Origin: Planctomycetota bacterium
GTDB lineage: Bacteria > Planctomycetota > GCA-002687715 > CAIWVZ01
Reading direction: 5' to 3'
DNA length: 64,000 nt
Assembly (NCBI GenBank): GCA_044222185.1
Contig: JBGANV010000009.1
Span: 162,550-226,549, forward strand
The notes under the pieces are model-generated. The model saw nothing but the letters and a program-made list of their open reading frames with translations. It had not been told where the DNA came from and searched no databases. This document shows positions 44,012 to 53,409 of this stretch, one piece after another. The position numbers and the translations under genes were made by a program. Position 1 is the first letter of the stretch. Each line of letters opens with the position of its first letter.

Positions 44012-45128
44012 ATGACGCCGGAAGTCGCCGCCAACATCAAGAAGCTCAGGGAGGGGATCGCGCACCTGAGGGACTCTCTTTGACTACCCCAGACTGAAGG
44101 CACTCTGGCACGAGATCGAAAGCCAGATGGGGGAGGCGAGCTTCTGGGACATCCCCGACAAGGCGAATGCGCGCGTCCAGCAGCTGAAGAACGCGCGAAG
44201 CACGGTCGAGGCCATCGACGACATGGCGCGCGGTGTGGACGACGGCGAGACCCTCGCCCAACTCGCCGACGAGGTCGGTGACGAGAATTCCGCGACCGAA
44301 GCGGCCCAGTCGCTCACGGCGCTGATCGAGCGCTTCGACGCCTTCGAGTTGCGCACGTTCCTGTCGGGTCCCTACGACAGCGGCGGCGCGCTCGTCTCGT
44401 TCCAGGCCGGGGCGGGCGGAACCGACGCCTCCGACTGGGCGATGATGCTCATGCGCATGTACATGCGCTTCGCCGAGACCATGGGCTGGAAGACGGAAGT
44501 GCTCGACATCGTCGAGGCGGAAGAAGCCGGCATCAAGCATGCCGACATCCGCATCGAGGGCGCGTTCGCCTACGGCTACATGGTCTGCGAGATGGGCATC
44601 CACCGGCTCGTCCGCATCTCGCCGTTCGATCAGATGGCGCGGCGCCAGACGTCGTTCGCCGCCGTCGACGTGTCGCCGGACGTCGAAGAGGAGTCGGACA
44701 TCGAGATTCCCGACAAGGACATCCGCGTCGACACCTACCGCGCCGGCGGCAAGGGCGGCCAGCACGTCAACAAGACGGAATCCGCGGTCCGCATCACGCA
44801 CATCCCGACGAACCTCGTCGTCCAGTGCCAGAACGAGCGCAGCCAGCACAAGAACCGCGAGCGGGCCATGAAGATGCTGAAGGCCAAGCTCCTCCAGCTC
44901 CGCGAGATGGAACGCATGGCGGACCTGAAGGCCCTGTACGACGCGCAGGGCCAGATCGCCTGGGGCAACCAGCTGCGCTCCTACGTGCTCGCGCCGTACC
45001 AGCTCGCGAAGGACCACCGCACGGACTACGAAACGGGGAACGTGCAGGCCGTCCTCGACGGGCACCTGATGCCGTTCATCGACCACTACCTCCGCCATCG
45101 CGCCAAGAAGAGGGAGGCCGCGAAGTGA
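44012..45128 (+). CDS. prfB: Peptide chain release factor 2, with programmed +1 frameshift
   Basis: Frame 0 MTPEVAANIKKLREGIAHLRDSL ends at CTT TGA C (44078-44084); +1 frame carries SPF and GGQ motifs. Confidence 0.96.
44068..44084 (+). promoter_or_regulatory. prfB frameshift cassette
   Basis: GAGGGA internal SD-like sequence followed by CTT TGA C. Confidence 0.92.
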
Positions 45129-46693
45129 CCGAGCCGAAGATTCGTCGCGCCCTGCTGACGGTGTTCGACAAGACGGGGATCGTGGACCTCGCGAAGGATC
45201 TCGCGGCGCGTGGCGTCGAGATCCTCTCCACAGGCGGCACGGCGAAGGCGCTGCGGGCGGGCGGCATCGCCGTGCGCGACGTCAGCGACCTCACCGGCTT
45301 CCCCGAGATCTTCGACGGGCGCGTGAAGACGCTCCACCCGAAGGTCCACGGCGGGCTCCTGTTCCGGCGCGACGAGGCGAGTCACGTGGCGACGGCGAAG
45401 GAACACGGGATCGTCCCCATCGACCTCCTCGTCGTGAACCTCTACCCGTTCGAGCAGGTGATCGCCAAGCCTGGCGTCACGGAGGAGGAAGCGATCGAGA
45501 TGATCGACATCGGCGGACCGGCGATGGTCCGCGCGGCGTGCAAGAACTTCGCGCACGTCGCGGTCGTCACGGAGACGGACGACATCCCGGCCCTGCGCGC
45601 CGAACTCGGCAACCACGATGGAGCGACGACTCTGGAGTTTCGGCGCCAGCTGGCGGCGCGCGCGTTCGCGCGCACGGCGTTCTACGACTCGGCGATCACG
45701 CGCTGGATGTCGCGCGAGACGTTCCCGACGCGGTTCACCCTCGCCGCCGAGCGCGTGCAGACCCTGCGCTACGGCGAGAATCCCCATCAGGAGGGCGCGC
45801 TCTATCGTCTGCCCGATCCGGGCGAGGCGACCGTCGCCCATGCACGACAGCTCTCCGGCAAGGAGTTGTCCTACAACAACATCCTGGACGCGGGCGCAGC
45901 GCTCGAGGTCGCGCGGTTCCTCATGTATCCGTGCGCCGTCGTCATCAAGCACAAGAACCCGTGCGGCGCTGCGGTGCATCCGACCGATCTGCTCGAGGCG
46001 TACCGCCGGGCGTACTCGGGCGATCCGCTCTCCGCGTACGGCGGGATCCTGGCGTTCAATCGCCCGATCACCGAGGACGTCGCCGGCGCCATCGCCGTGC
46101 CCGATCGGTTCTTCGAAGTGATCATCGCGCCGGGTTACGAAGGGCGCAGCGTGGAGCTCCTCACGACCCGGACGAAGTGGGGGAAGAACGTCCGCCTGCT
46201 CGAGACCCACGTCCCGTTCAACGAGCGCCAGCCGATCACGGGAATCCTGGACATCCGCTCGGTGTCCGGCGGGCTCCTGGTCCAGGATCGCGACGCGTCG
46301 GTCGAGTCCGAGTTCACCGTCGTCAGCAAGCGCCAACCCACTCGCGAGGAGTGGCGCGACCTTCAGTTCGCGTGGGAGATCTGCCGTCACGTCACGAGCA
46401 ACGCCATCGTGCTCGCGAACGACGCGACCCTCGTCGGAACGGGCGCCGGCCAGATGAGCCGTGTCGACGCCGTCCAGATCGCTGCCCGCAAGGCCGGTGA
46501 TCGTTCGCGGGGCTCGGTCATGGCGTCGGACGCGTTCTTCCCGTTCCCGGACGGCGTGATCGCGGCTGCCGAAGTGGGCGTGACGGCCGTCATCCACCCG
46601 GGTGGCAGCATTCGCGACGTGGAAGTGATCCGCGCGGCGGACGAGCGCGACCTCGCACTCGTCACCACGGGGCGGCGACACTTCCGCCACTGA
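45125..46693 (+). CDS. purH: Bifunctional AICAR transformylase / IMP cyclohydrolase
   Basis: STGGT, GRVKTLHP, IDIGGP, LRYGENPHQ, GAGQMSRVD, ASDAFFPF, TGRRHFRH. Confidence 0.97.
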   Translation: MTEPKIRRALLTVFDKTGIVDLAKDLAARGVEILSTGGTAKALRAGGIAVRDVSDLTGFPEIFDGRVKTLHPKVHGGLLFRRDEASHVATAKEHGIVPIDLLVVNLYPFEQVIAKPGVTEEEAIEMIDIGGPAMVRAACKNFAHVAVVTETDDIPALRAELGNHDGATTLEFRRQLAARAFARTAFYDSAITRWMSRETFPTRFTLAAERVQTLRYGENPHQEGALYRLPDPGEATVAHARQLSGKELSYNNILDAGAALEVARFLMYPCAVVIKHKNPCGAAVHPTDLLEAYRRAYSGDPLSAYGGILAFNRPITEDVAGAIAVPDRFFEVIIAPGYEGRSVELLTTRTKWGKNVRLLETHVPFNERQPITGILDIRSVSGGLLVQDRDASVESEFTVVSKRQPTREEWRDLQFAWEICRHVTSNAIVLANDATLVGTGAGQMSRVDAVQIAARKAGDRSRGSVMASDAFFPFPDGVIAAAEVGVTAVIHPGGSIRDVEVIRAADERDLALVTTGRRHFRH

Positions 46694-46705
46694 GCGGCGG
46701 CGGCG

Positions 46706-49399
46706 TCACTTCACCTCGGCGATCCGGACCTTGATCGTCAGCTCTTTCGAACCGCCCGTCAGGGTGACGAAACCGAACCCGGAGAAATGGCGCTTGTTCT
46801 CCACGATGCTCGAGAGCGAGGCCGTGTAGGTACCGGGCGCCACCCCAGAGAACTCAGCCTTCGAGCCAGTGAGCTTCAGCCGGCGGGTCTCGTGGCCGTC
46901 CGCGTCTTCCGTTCCGGTCGTGCCGTCCCGGTGGAGCGTGAGCCACGTGTGCGCGGGAAGCGGCTCGGGCGACTCGATCGTGACGGCGAGTGAACATGCG
47001 CCGTCGTTCGCGAGCCGAATTTCCTTCGTCTCACCGGCGGTGATCTTCACCTGACGCGTCAGGCTCTCTCCAGTGCCATCGGCTGCACCGAGCCCCACGT
47101 CCCATAGACCCGGCGCGAGTCCGTCGATCGTGAATCGACCGCTCGGCGTCGTCCGGTTCGAGTGAGTCTCGTCGTATCGGACGCCAGGAACCTCCATCGG
47201 ACGCGCGACGATGGTGGCTCCCGCGACGGGACTGCCGTTCGGGCCGATGAGCGCGCCGATGACGCGGCCTCCGGTCTCCATGAGCACGGTCACCGTTCGG
47301 GGCGTTGCCCCGCTCGCTGCTGGGAGCGGACCCACGACGGTTGGCGCGAACGCGGTGTGGTGCACCTCGACGAACAACGGCCCCAACGGCGCGGATTCCA
47401 TCACGAACGCACCGTTCACGTCGGACTTTGCCTTCAAGGACGGCTCACGCCACGACTCCTGCTTGTGACGCTCGTACTCTTCCGGAGTCATGACGAAGAC
47501 GACGGCCTCGGGTACGGGCTCGTTCGAGACCTTGGATCTCACCACACCCGTGATCGGGGCGGCGACCGTCAGCGCGATGACTGAGAGGTCCTTGTTGAAG
47601 TCGGTCGTCGCGACGACGTGTGGCGCGCGGCCGACTGCGTAGCCGACGCTTCGCGCCTCGACCCCGAAGACCGCACCGGGTGTGAGATCCTCCGAATCCA
47701 TCGCCCAGTACCCGTCGGTGCCGTCGAAGATCTGCCCCTGCTCGCTCCAATGCGACGAGTAGCCGCCACCCTCCTGCTCGTTTGGTTCGAGCTCGGGCGA
47801 GATCAGCCGGATCGTGAAGCGCTTGACAGGGAGTTTCGTCGCCGCGTCGATCACGCGTCCGCCGATCTTCGCGGCCCGTTCGATCGTGAGGACGTGGTCC
47901 TGGCGGTCGACCTCCACGTCCTTCCGCACGCGGAGCCACCCTTGGCCGTAGATCTCGAGCTGAACGCCCGAGTCCGGCAGGTCGTTCATCACGAACTTCC
48001 CTTCCTTGTCGGTGCGGGCGCGGGGTTCGATGTAGTCCCCGTGCTGGCAGCCTGCGAGCGCCAGGCCGGCGACGGGTGTGCCGTTCTTGTCGACGACGCG
48101 TCCACCGACCGAGTGCGAGGGCAGAAGCTCGAAGCGGAGGTCGGCGACGGCACCGCGCTCGATCGGAACGTCGAGGACCTTCTCCGTTTCGCAGAACCCG
48201 CGGCGCCGTGCGCGCAGCGCAACGCGGCCGGGCTTGACGGCCGGGAATCGGAAGTGACCGCCGGCATCCGACGTGATCTCGACGCGTTCCATGGAGTGCT
48301 TCTCGCCGGCGGCAACGAGGGCGCCTCCGACCGGCGCGCCGTTCTTGTCGACGGTCATGCCCGAGATTTCGACACCCGAGTCGACGATGACGTCGACGGT
48401 TGCGTCGCGACCCTGGAACTCGACCCGCGCCACGACCCGGAAGCACCCAGGCGCGTCGACGACGATCTGGTTGTACTTCTGCTCCGGGTCGAAGCCGCCG
48501 AGCCGGAAGATTCCGTCGACGGACGTCACCGCGTCCTCCTTGCGGCCGACGGTCCAGGTCCCGACGCGCGCCCTCTCCACGGGCGTGCCGTCGCGGCGCT
48601 TCACCGTCCCCGTGACGACGCCTTCGGGCGAAAGCGCGAAATCGCAGCGGGCAGTGGCGCCTGGCGCGGGCGCTTGGATCTGCACCTGCTTGGGCGCGTA
48701 TCCGGGCGCGCGGCAACCGAGCCACACCTCACGGCTGCGTGACACGACGGGAAAGCGGAAGGCGCCGAGCTCGTCGGCCTTAACCTCGCGTCCCCAGCCG
48801 ATCGTCGCGCCGCTCACGGTCTTGCCTTCCAGGCTCTTCACCGTTCCCACGATCGAGGCGTCGAACGGCTCCACCTTCAGCACGAACGGCGGGGGAGGAG
48901 ACCCCTCTCCCGTGACGCTCGCCGACTTCGCGAAGCACTCGTACTCGGGGTGCTCGGCGCGGGCGACGACCGTGATCGCTTCTTTCGGCGTGGCGAGGCC
49001 GCAACGGAACGCACCGTTCGCGTCGGTCACCACGCGACCTTGTGCCTTCGTCTCGCCGGCATTCTCGTCACCCTGGACGAGACGGACGAGGACCGTGATT
49101 CCCGGAACGGGCTTCTCGTCGGGTGTGACCACGGTTCCCGTGACGATCCACGGGCCGACCGCCGCGTCGGCGCCCGTCGGGTCCGCTTCCCGGAACGGTG
49201 CGGGCGCGACCTTCGTCGTGGGCGTGGTCTCCGCGGTTGCGCGGGACTCGATGGCTGCCCCGGTGCCGACCGGCGCGTCTTCGAACGGTGCAACGCCGCC
49301 TTGCCGACGTTCGAGCGCATCGCGCTCGGTGTTCACCACGAGGAACAGCGCCACGCCGAGCGCGGCGATCCCCACGATCACGAGTGCGACCTTCGCCAT
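46706..49399 (-). CDS. Membrane-anchored protein with tandem carboxypeptidase-regulatory-like (prealbumin-fold) domains
   Basis: N-terminal TM helix; repeated GxVxDxxGxPVxGA...TDxxGxF units. Confidence 0.85.
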   Translation of the reverse strand: MAKVALVIVGIAALGVALFLVVNTERDALERRQGGVAPFEDAPVGTGAAIESRATAETTPTTKVAPAPFREADPTGADAAVGPWIVTGTVVTPDEKPVPGITVLVRLVQGDENAGETKAQGRVVTDANGAFRCGLATPKEAITVVARAEHPEYECFAKSASVTGEGSPPPPFVLKVEPFDASIVGTVKSLEGKTVSGATIGWGREVKADELGAFRFPVVSRSREVWLGCRAPGYAPKQVQIQAPAPGATARCDFALSPEGVVTGTVKRRDGTPVERARVGTWTVGRKEDAVTSVDGIFRLGGFDPEQKYNQIVVDAPGCFRVVARVEFQGRDATVDVIVDSGVEISGMTVDKNGAPVGGALVAAGEKHSMERVEITSDAGGHFRFPAVKPGRVALRARRRGFCETEKVLDVPIERGAVADLRFELLPSHSVGGRVVDKNGTPVAGLALAGCQHGDYIEPRARTDKEGKFVMNDLPDSGVQLEIYGQGWLRVRKDVEVDRQDHVLTIERAAKIGGRVIDAATKLPVKRFTIRLISPELEPNEQEGGGYSSHWSEQGQIFDGTDGYWAMDSEDLTPGAVFGVEARSVGYAVGRAPHVVATTDFNKDLSVIALTVAAPITGVVRSKVSNEPVPEAVVFVMTPEEYERHKQESWREPSLKAKSDVNGAFVMESAPLGPLFVEVHHTAFAPTVVGPLPAASGATPRTVTVLMETGGRVIGALIGPNGSPVAGATIVARPMEVPGVRYDETHSNRTTPSGRFTIDGLAPGLWDVGLGAADGTGESLTRQVKITAGETKEIRLANDGACSLAVTIESPEPLPAHTWLTLHRDGTTGTEDADGHETRRLKLTGSKAEFSGVAPGTYTASLSSIVENKRHFSGFGFVTLTGGSKELTIKVRIAEVK

Positions 49400-49483
49400 G
49401 CGGTCTCCTGACTGGGGGAGCCGCCGCGAATCCCTACGGCGCCTCCCCGACGTGCGCCGGGCGCCGCCGGCGCGCCGTGTCGT

Positions 49484-51514
49484 CTACTTCGGCGGCTTGA
49501 CGAGCATGTCGTCAGCTTCTTCGCCCGTCTTCTCGCCGCGCTTGTTGACGTAGTCCTTCCAGGGGACGAGCTTCTTGTCCTTGACCTGGCCGATGTTCGC
49601 CTTGTGGTTCACGAACTCGAAGTACGCGCGGTACTCCTTCTCGAGGGCCGCGAGCGCAGCATCGTCCGCCAGCCCGAGCGCTTCCATGAACGCCTTCTTG
49701 CCCGTCTTGCCGGCGAGCTCGCCGCGCACGTAACGGTCCCATCCGTCCTTGTACTTGCCGCGCGCACCGACCTGGACGAGGCCCTTCGCGTCCACGTTGA
49801 AGTTGTTCAGGAAGTAGATGAGGAACCAGCCCTGGGCGTAGACGAGCTCGATCTTCACCATGGATCCGGACTTCTCCCAGATGCCCTTGTTGGTGTAGGT
49901 CGTCGAGAGAAGTTCGCCGAGGGTGAACAGCTTGTCGTCGTAGGTCCGGATGGAGCCGAGGCGGCCCATCTGCAGCACCCCGACCTCGTAGAACCACTCG
50001 TTGTTCTTGTCGAGCCAGCGGTTGCTGCCTCCGAAGTACTCGGCGACGCCCTCCTGGAACCAATAGGAGCGGAGCGCGAACGGCATCTGCGTTTCGGAAT
50101 AGCGGGCGAAGAGCTGGTGCGTGCCCTCGTGCAGCACGACTTCGTGGTCGACGTTTCGGTTCAGGACGAGCCGTCCCGTGTCGGGCTCGAAATGGGCGAG
50201 GGCCTTCATCGCACCCTTGCCCGTGCCCTTGTTGTATTCCTCGTAACGCTCGGGCGACGTGAAGTAGAGGACGGGGATCGGTTGCTCGACGGGCTTCAGA
50301 TTCAGCGCTGCGAACTCCTTCATGTACGTCCGGTTCAGCGACTGAAGCTCGTTGAAGCGCGAGTTGGCCTCGTTCTGCGGTGACCAGCTCGGGCTCACTT
50401 CCACGAAGACCATGTAGGGCTTCTGGACGTAGGCCTCGAACGCCAGCTTGCCTTGGAAGATCTTCGACAGGTCGTCGATCGTCGTCTTCTCGAGCGCCCG
50501 GGCCTTCTCACCGAACGGAGACGCTTCCATCTCCTCGTAGTCCGCCCGGATCTTCGTGTAGCGGTCGAGGATCGGCTTCACGCGCGAGTCGAACATCGAC
50601 CTGGAGATCCAGCCGTTGGTCTCCTTGGCCTTGACGCTCACCTGCAGGTTGTTCTGGCGGACGAGCTCCCGGTCCGACTCCGTCACGTACTTCGCGTTGA
50701 CGTACGGGTCGAGCTCGCCTGAATACTTCACCTCGTTGCGCGCGGCGCGGGCCTCGGCGTGGGAGGGGTCGAGCTCCACCACCTTGTCGAGACAGATGAT
50801 GGCCTCGTCCGTCAGCTTGGTGACGGCCTCCGGCGGAGCGCCCTTTTCCTTCCACGCGTCGCCCTGCGCCTGGAGCTTCTTCGAGAGCTTCCACAGCTGG
50901 TCGGCGGACTTGTCTCCGATCTCGGTGCGCAGCTCCGTGATCGTCTTCGCCGCGTCGTAGACGGGGGCTTGCGGCTTGTCCGGCGTCTGGGCCACAGGGG
51001 CCGCGCCCTTGTCGTTGGGACCCGGCGTGGGCTTCGGATCGTTGCCGCCCCGCGTCATGAAGAAGATCACAGCACCGACGACGACCACCCCGACGACTGC
51101 CGCGATGATCTTGCCGGGGCCCTTCTTCGGCTGGCTGAAGTCCGGGCGTTGAGCCGCGTGGACCCGCGTGTGCTGGCGATTGGCCTCCGGCGGCTTGCGC
51201 ACGCCTTCGTCGGCGGCGCCCAGGTCCAGGTCCGACGGCGCCGCAGGGGCGACGACGGGCTTCTGCGAGGGTGCCTTCGGCGCCACGACCGGCTTTGCCG
51301 GCTGCACCACGGGTTTACTGGGCTGCACGACCGGCTTCGCCGCGAGCTCGGCGGGCTGGACGATCGGGCGCTCGACCTCCGTCGTCGGGACGCCCGTCGG
51401 TACGAGGACCGATGTCCCGCACTTCTTGCACTTGAACCTGGCACCGGCCCGCTCGTTGGGGACCTTGTAGGTGGATGCGCAGGACGGACACGAGACGGTG
51501 ATGCCAGTGCTCAT
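49484..51514 (-). CDS. Zinc-ribbon / TM / DUF1570-like HExxH metallopeptidase domain protein
   Basis: CPSC...CKKC, Pro-rich linker, TM helix, VLHEGTHQLF...WFQEGVAEYF, YAQGWFLIYFL. Confidence 0.82.
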   Translation of the reverse strand: MSTGITVSCPSCASTYKVPNERAGARFKCKKCGTSVLVPTGVPTTEVERPIVQPAELAAKPVVQPSKPVVQPAKPVVAPKAPSQKPVVAPAAPSDLDLGAADEGVRKPPEANRQHTRVHAAQRPDFSQPKKGPGKIIAAVVGVVVVGAVIFFMTRGGNDPKPTPGPNDKGAAPVAQTPDKPQAPVYDAAKTITELRTEIGDKSADQLWKLSKKLQAQGDAWKEKGAPPEAVTKLTDEAIICLDKVVELDPSHAEARAARNEVKYSGELDPYVNAKYVTESDRELVRQNNLQVSVKAKETNGWISRSMFDSRVKPILDRYTKIRADYEEMEASPFGEKARALEKTTIDDLSKIFQGKLAFEAYVQKPYMVFVEVSPSWSPQNEANSRFNELQSLNRTYMKEFAALNLKPVEQPIPVLYFTSPERYEEYNKGTGKGAMKALAHFEPDTGRLVLNRNVDHEVVLHEGTHQLFARYSETQMPFALRSYWFQEGVAEYFGGSNRWLDKNNEWFYEVGVLQMGRLGSIRTYDDKLFTLGELLSTTYTNKGIWEKSGSMVKIELVYAQGWFLIYFLNNFNVDAKGLVQVGARGKYKDGWDRYVRGELAGKTGKKAFMEALGLADDAALAALEKEYRAYFEFVNHKANIGQVKDKKLVPWKDYVNKRGEKTGEEADDMLVKPPK

Positions 51515-51521
51515 GTGAACC

Positions 51522-52517
51522 TCATGCGTGCCGTGTCGCGAGGGCTTCCTTGAATGCCGTGGTCAAGGCGGGGACGACTTCGAACAGGTCGCCGACGATG
51601 CCGTAGGTGGCGACCTTGAAGATGGGGGCTTCGGGATCGCGGTTTACCGCCACGATGACCTTGCTCGTGCGCATGCCGGCGAGGTGCTGGATCGCGCCGG
51701 AAACGCCGCAAGCGATGTACAACGTGGGGGAGACCGTCTTGCCGGTCTGCCCGACCTGTGCCGCGTGGTCGCGCCATCCGAGGTCTACGACCGCGCGCGA
51801 CGCTCCGACCGCAGCGTTCAGCGTCTTGGCGAGTTCCTCGAGCGGTTTGAACCCCTCGGGCGCGCCGACGCCGCGGCCACCGGCGACGATGATGTCGGCC
51901 TCGGCCACGTCCAACGTCCCCGTCTGATTTGCGATGACGCTCCTGGCGACGGCGCGCACCACGTCCGGTGTGGCCTTGGGCGGAAGGACCTTGACGGCCG
52001 CCGTCGCGCCCGCCTGCTTCGGAGCCGCCTCGAACATCTTGGGCCGGAGCGTGACGACGAACGGGTCGGTGTTGCAGGCGACCGTCGAAATCGCCTTGCC
52101 ACCGAACACGGGCCGGCGCGCTGCGATCCCGCTGCCGTCTTTCACGAGCGCGATGCAATCGGCCGCGTAACCCGCGTCGAGCGTGGCCGCGAGGTAGGGC
52201 GCGAGGTCGCGGCCCGTCGTGCTCGCCGCCATGAGGACGAGCCCCGGGTCCACGTCGCGCACCGCTTCAGCCAGTGCCTTCCCGAACAGAGCGCAATCGA
52301 AGCTCGCGAGGAACCCCTGGTCGATGGCGATGGCCCGGTCGGCGCCGAACGTCCCGAGCGTTTCTGCGACAGCCTGCACGTTCGTTCCGAGGATGACTGC
52401 CGTCACGTCGCCGCACCCGGCGGCCTTGAGGCGTTTCGCTTCCCCGAGCGCTTCGAGCGAGGCTGGACGGACGTGGCCGTCACGGTGCTCGACGTACACA
52501 ACGATTCCCGATTTCAT
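51522..52517 (-). CDS. etfA: Electron transfer flavoprotein alpha subunit
   Basis: VAGGRGVG, GASRAVVD, QVGQTGKTV, GVSGAIQHLAGM. Confidence 0.96.
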   Translation of the reverse strand: MKSGIVVYVEHRDGHVRPASLEALGEAKRLKAAGCGDVTAVILGTNVQAVAETLGTFGADRAIAIDQGFLASFDCALFGKALAEAVRDVDPGLVLMAASTTGRDLAPYLAATLDAGYAADCIALVKDGSGIAARRPVFGGKAISTVACNTDPFVVTLRPKMFEAAPKQAGATAAVKVLPPKATPDVVRAVARSVIANQTGTLDVAEADIIVAGGRGVGAPEGFKPLEELAKTLNAAVGASRAVVDLGWRDHAAQVGQTGKTVSPTLYIACGVSGAIQHLAGMRTSKVIVAVNRDPEAPIFKVATYGIVGDLFEVVPALTTAFKEALATRHA

Positions 52518-52533
52518 GGTCATTCCTCGACGG

Positions 52534-53280
52534 TCAGATCACTCGCGCTTCTTTCTTGAGCAGGTCGATGAGGGCCGGCACCGCGGCCTTGCCCTCTCCG
52601 ACCTTCTTGCCCGGCGGGCGATCCGGCGGGAGCTCGAGCTTCGCGACGCTCGTCGGCACGGCGACCGGCGTCGCGGCGACGGTCTGGAGCGGCTTGTTCT
52701 TCGCTCCCATGATCTCCTTCAGACCGGCGCGTCGTGGTTCGTTCAGGCCCTTCTCTGCCGTGAGGACGCACGGGAAGGCGCCTTCGACCACTTCCATCCC
52801 GCCCTCGACCTCGCGCTGTGCGGTGAACTGCGTCCCGTTGACCTCGAACTTCGAAATGCGGGTGACGCAGGCCATCCCGAGGATGGCGGCGAGCATGGGC
52901 CCGACCGCGGCCGCGTCGTCGTCCACGGACTGCTTGCCGCAGAAGATGGCGTCCGGCTTCAGCGGCTGGACCTTCTGGGCGATGAGCTTCGCCACCGAAA
53001 GACCGTCCAGCGGGCCCGTCGGCGTGATGTGGATCGCGTCATCGCAACCCTTCGCGAGCGAGGCGCGGATGTCCTTCTGCGCGTCCGCCGGACCGACGCA
53101 GATGACCGTGACCTTGCCGCCGCACTTCTCCTTGAGCTTGATCGCCTCTTCGATGGCGAACTCGTCGTACGGGTTGATGATGAACTGGACGCCATCGAGG
53201 TCGATGGTCGTCCCGTTGGATGCGACGCGGATGCGCGTGGCCGTGTCGGGCACGCGCGACATGCAGGCGATGATGTTCAT
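52534..53280 (-). CDS. etfB: Electron transfer flavoprotein beta subunit
   Basis: VPDT, INPYDEFAIEEA, GKQSVD, REVEGG, LNEPR. Confidence 0.96.
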   Translation of the reverse strand: MNIIACMSRVPDTATRIRVASNGTTIDLDGVQFIINPYDEFAIEEAIKLKEKCGGKVTVICVGPADAQKDIRASLAKGCDDAIHITPTGPLDGLSVAKLIAQKVQPLKPDAIFCGKQSVDDDAAAVGPMLAAILGMACVTRISKFEVNGTQFTAQREVEGGMEVVEGAFPCVLTAEKGLNEPRRAGLKEIMGAKNKPLQTVAATPVAVPTSVAKLELPPDRPPGKKVGEGKAAVPALIDLLKKEARVI

Positions 53281-53409
53281 GGCGAAGCGGGCCCAGGCCG
53301 ATTCCTGAAGGTGGCGCTCTCGGCCGGATGGCGGGCCGGCCATGTTAGGCGCGGCGGGTGTATGCGACAAGAAACCGAGCGGCCCCGAAGTCGGCCCGGG
53401 AAGGGCGTT

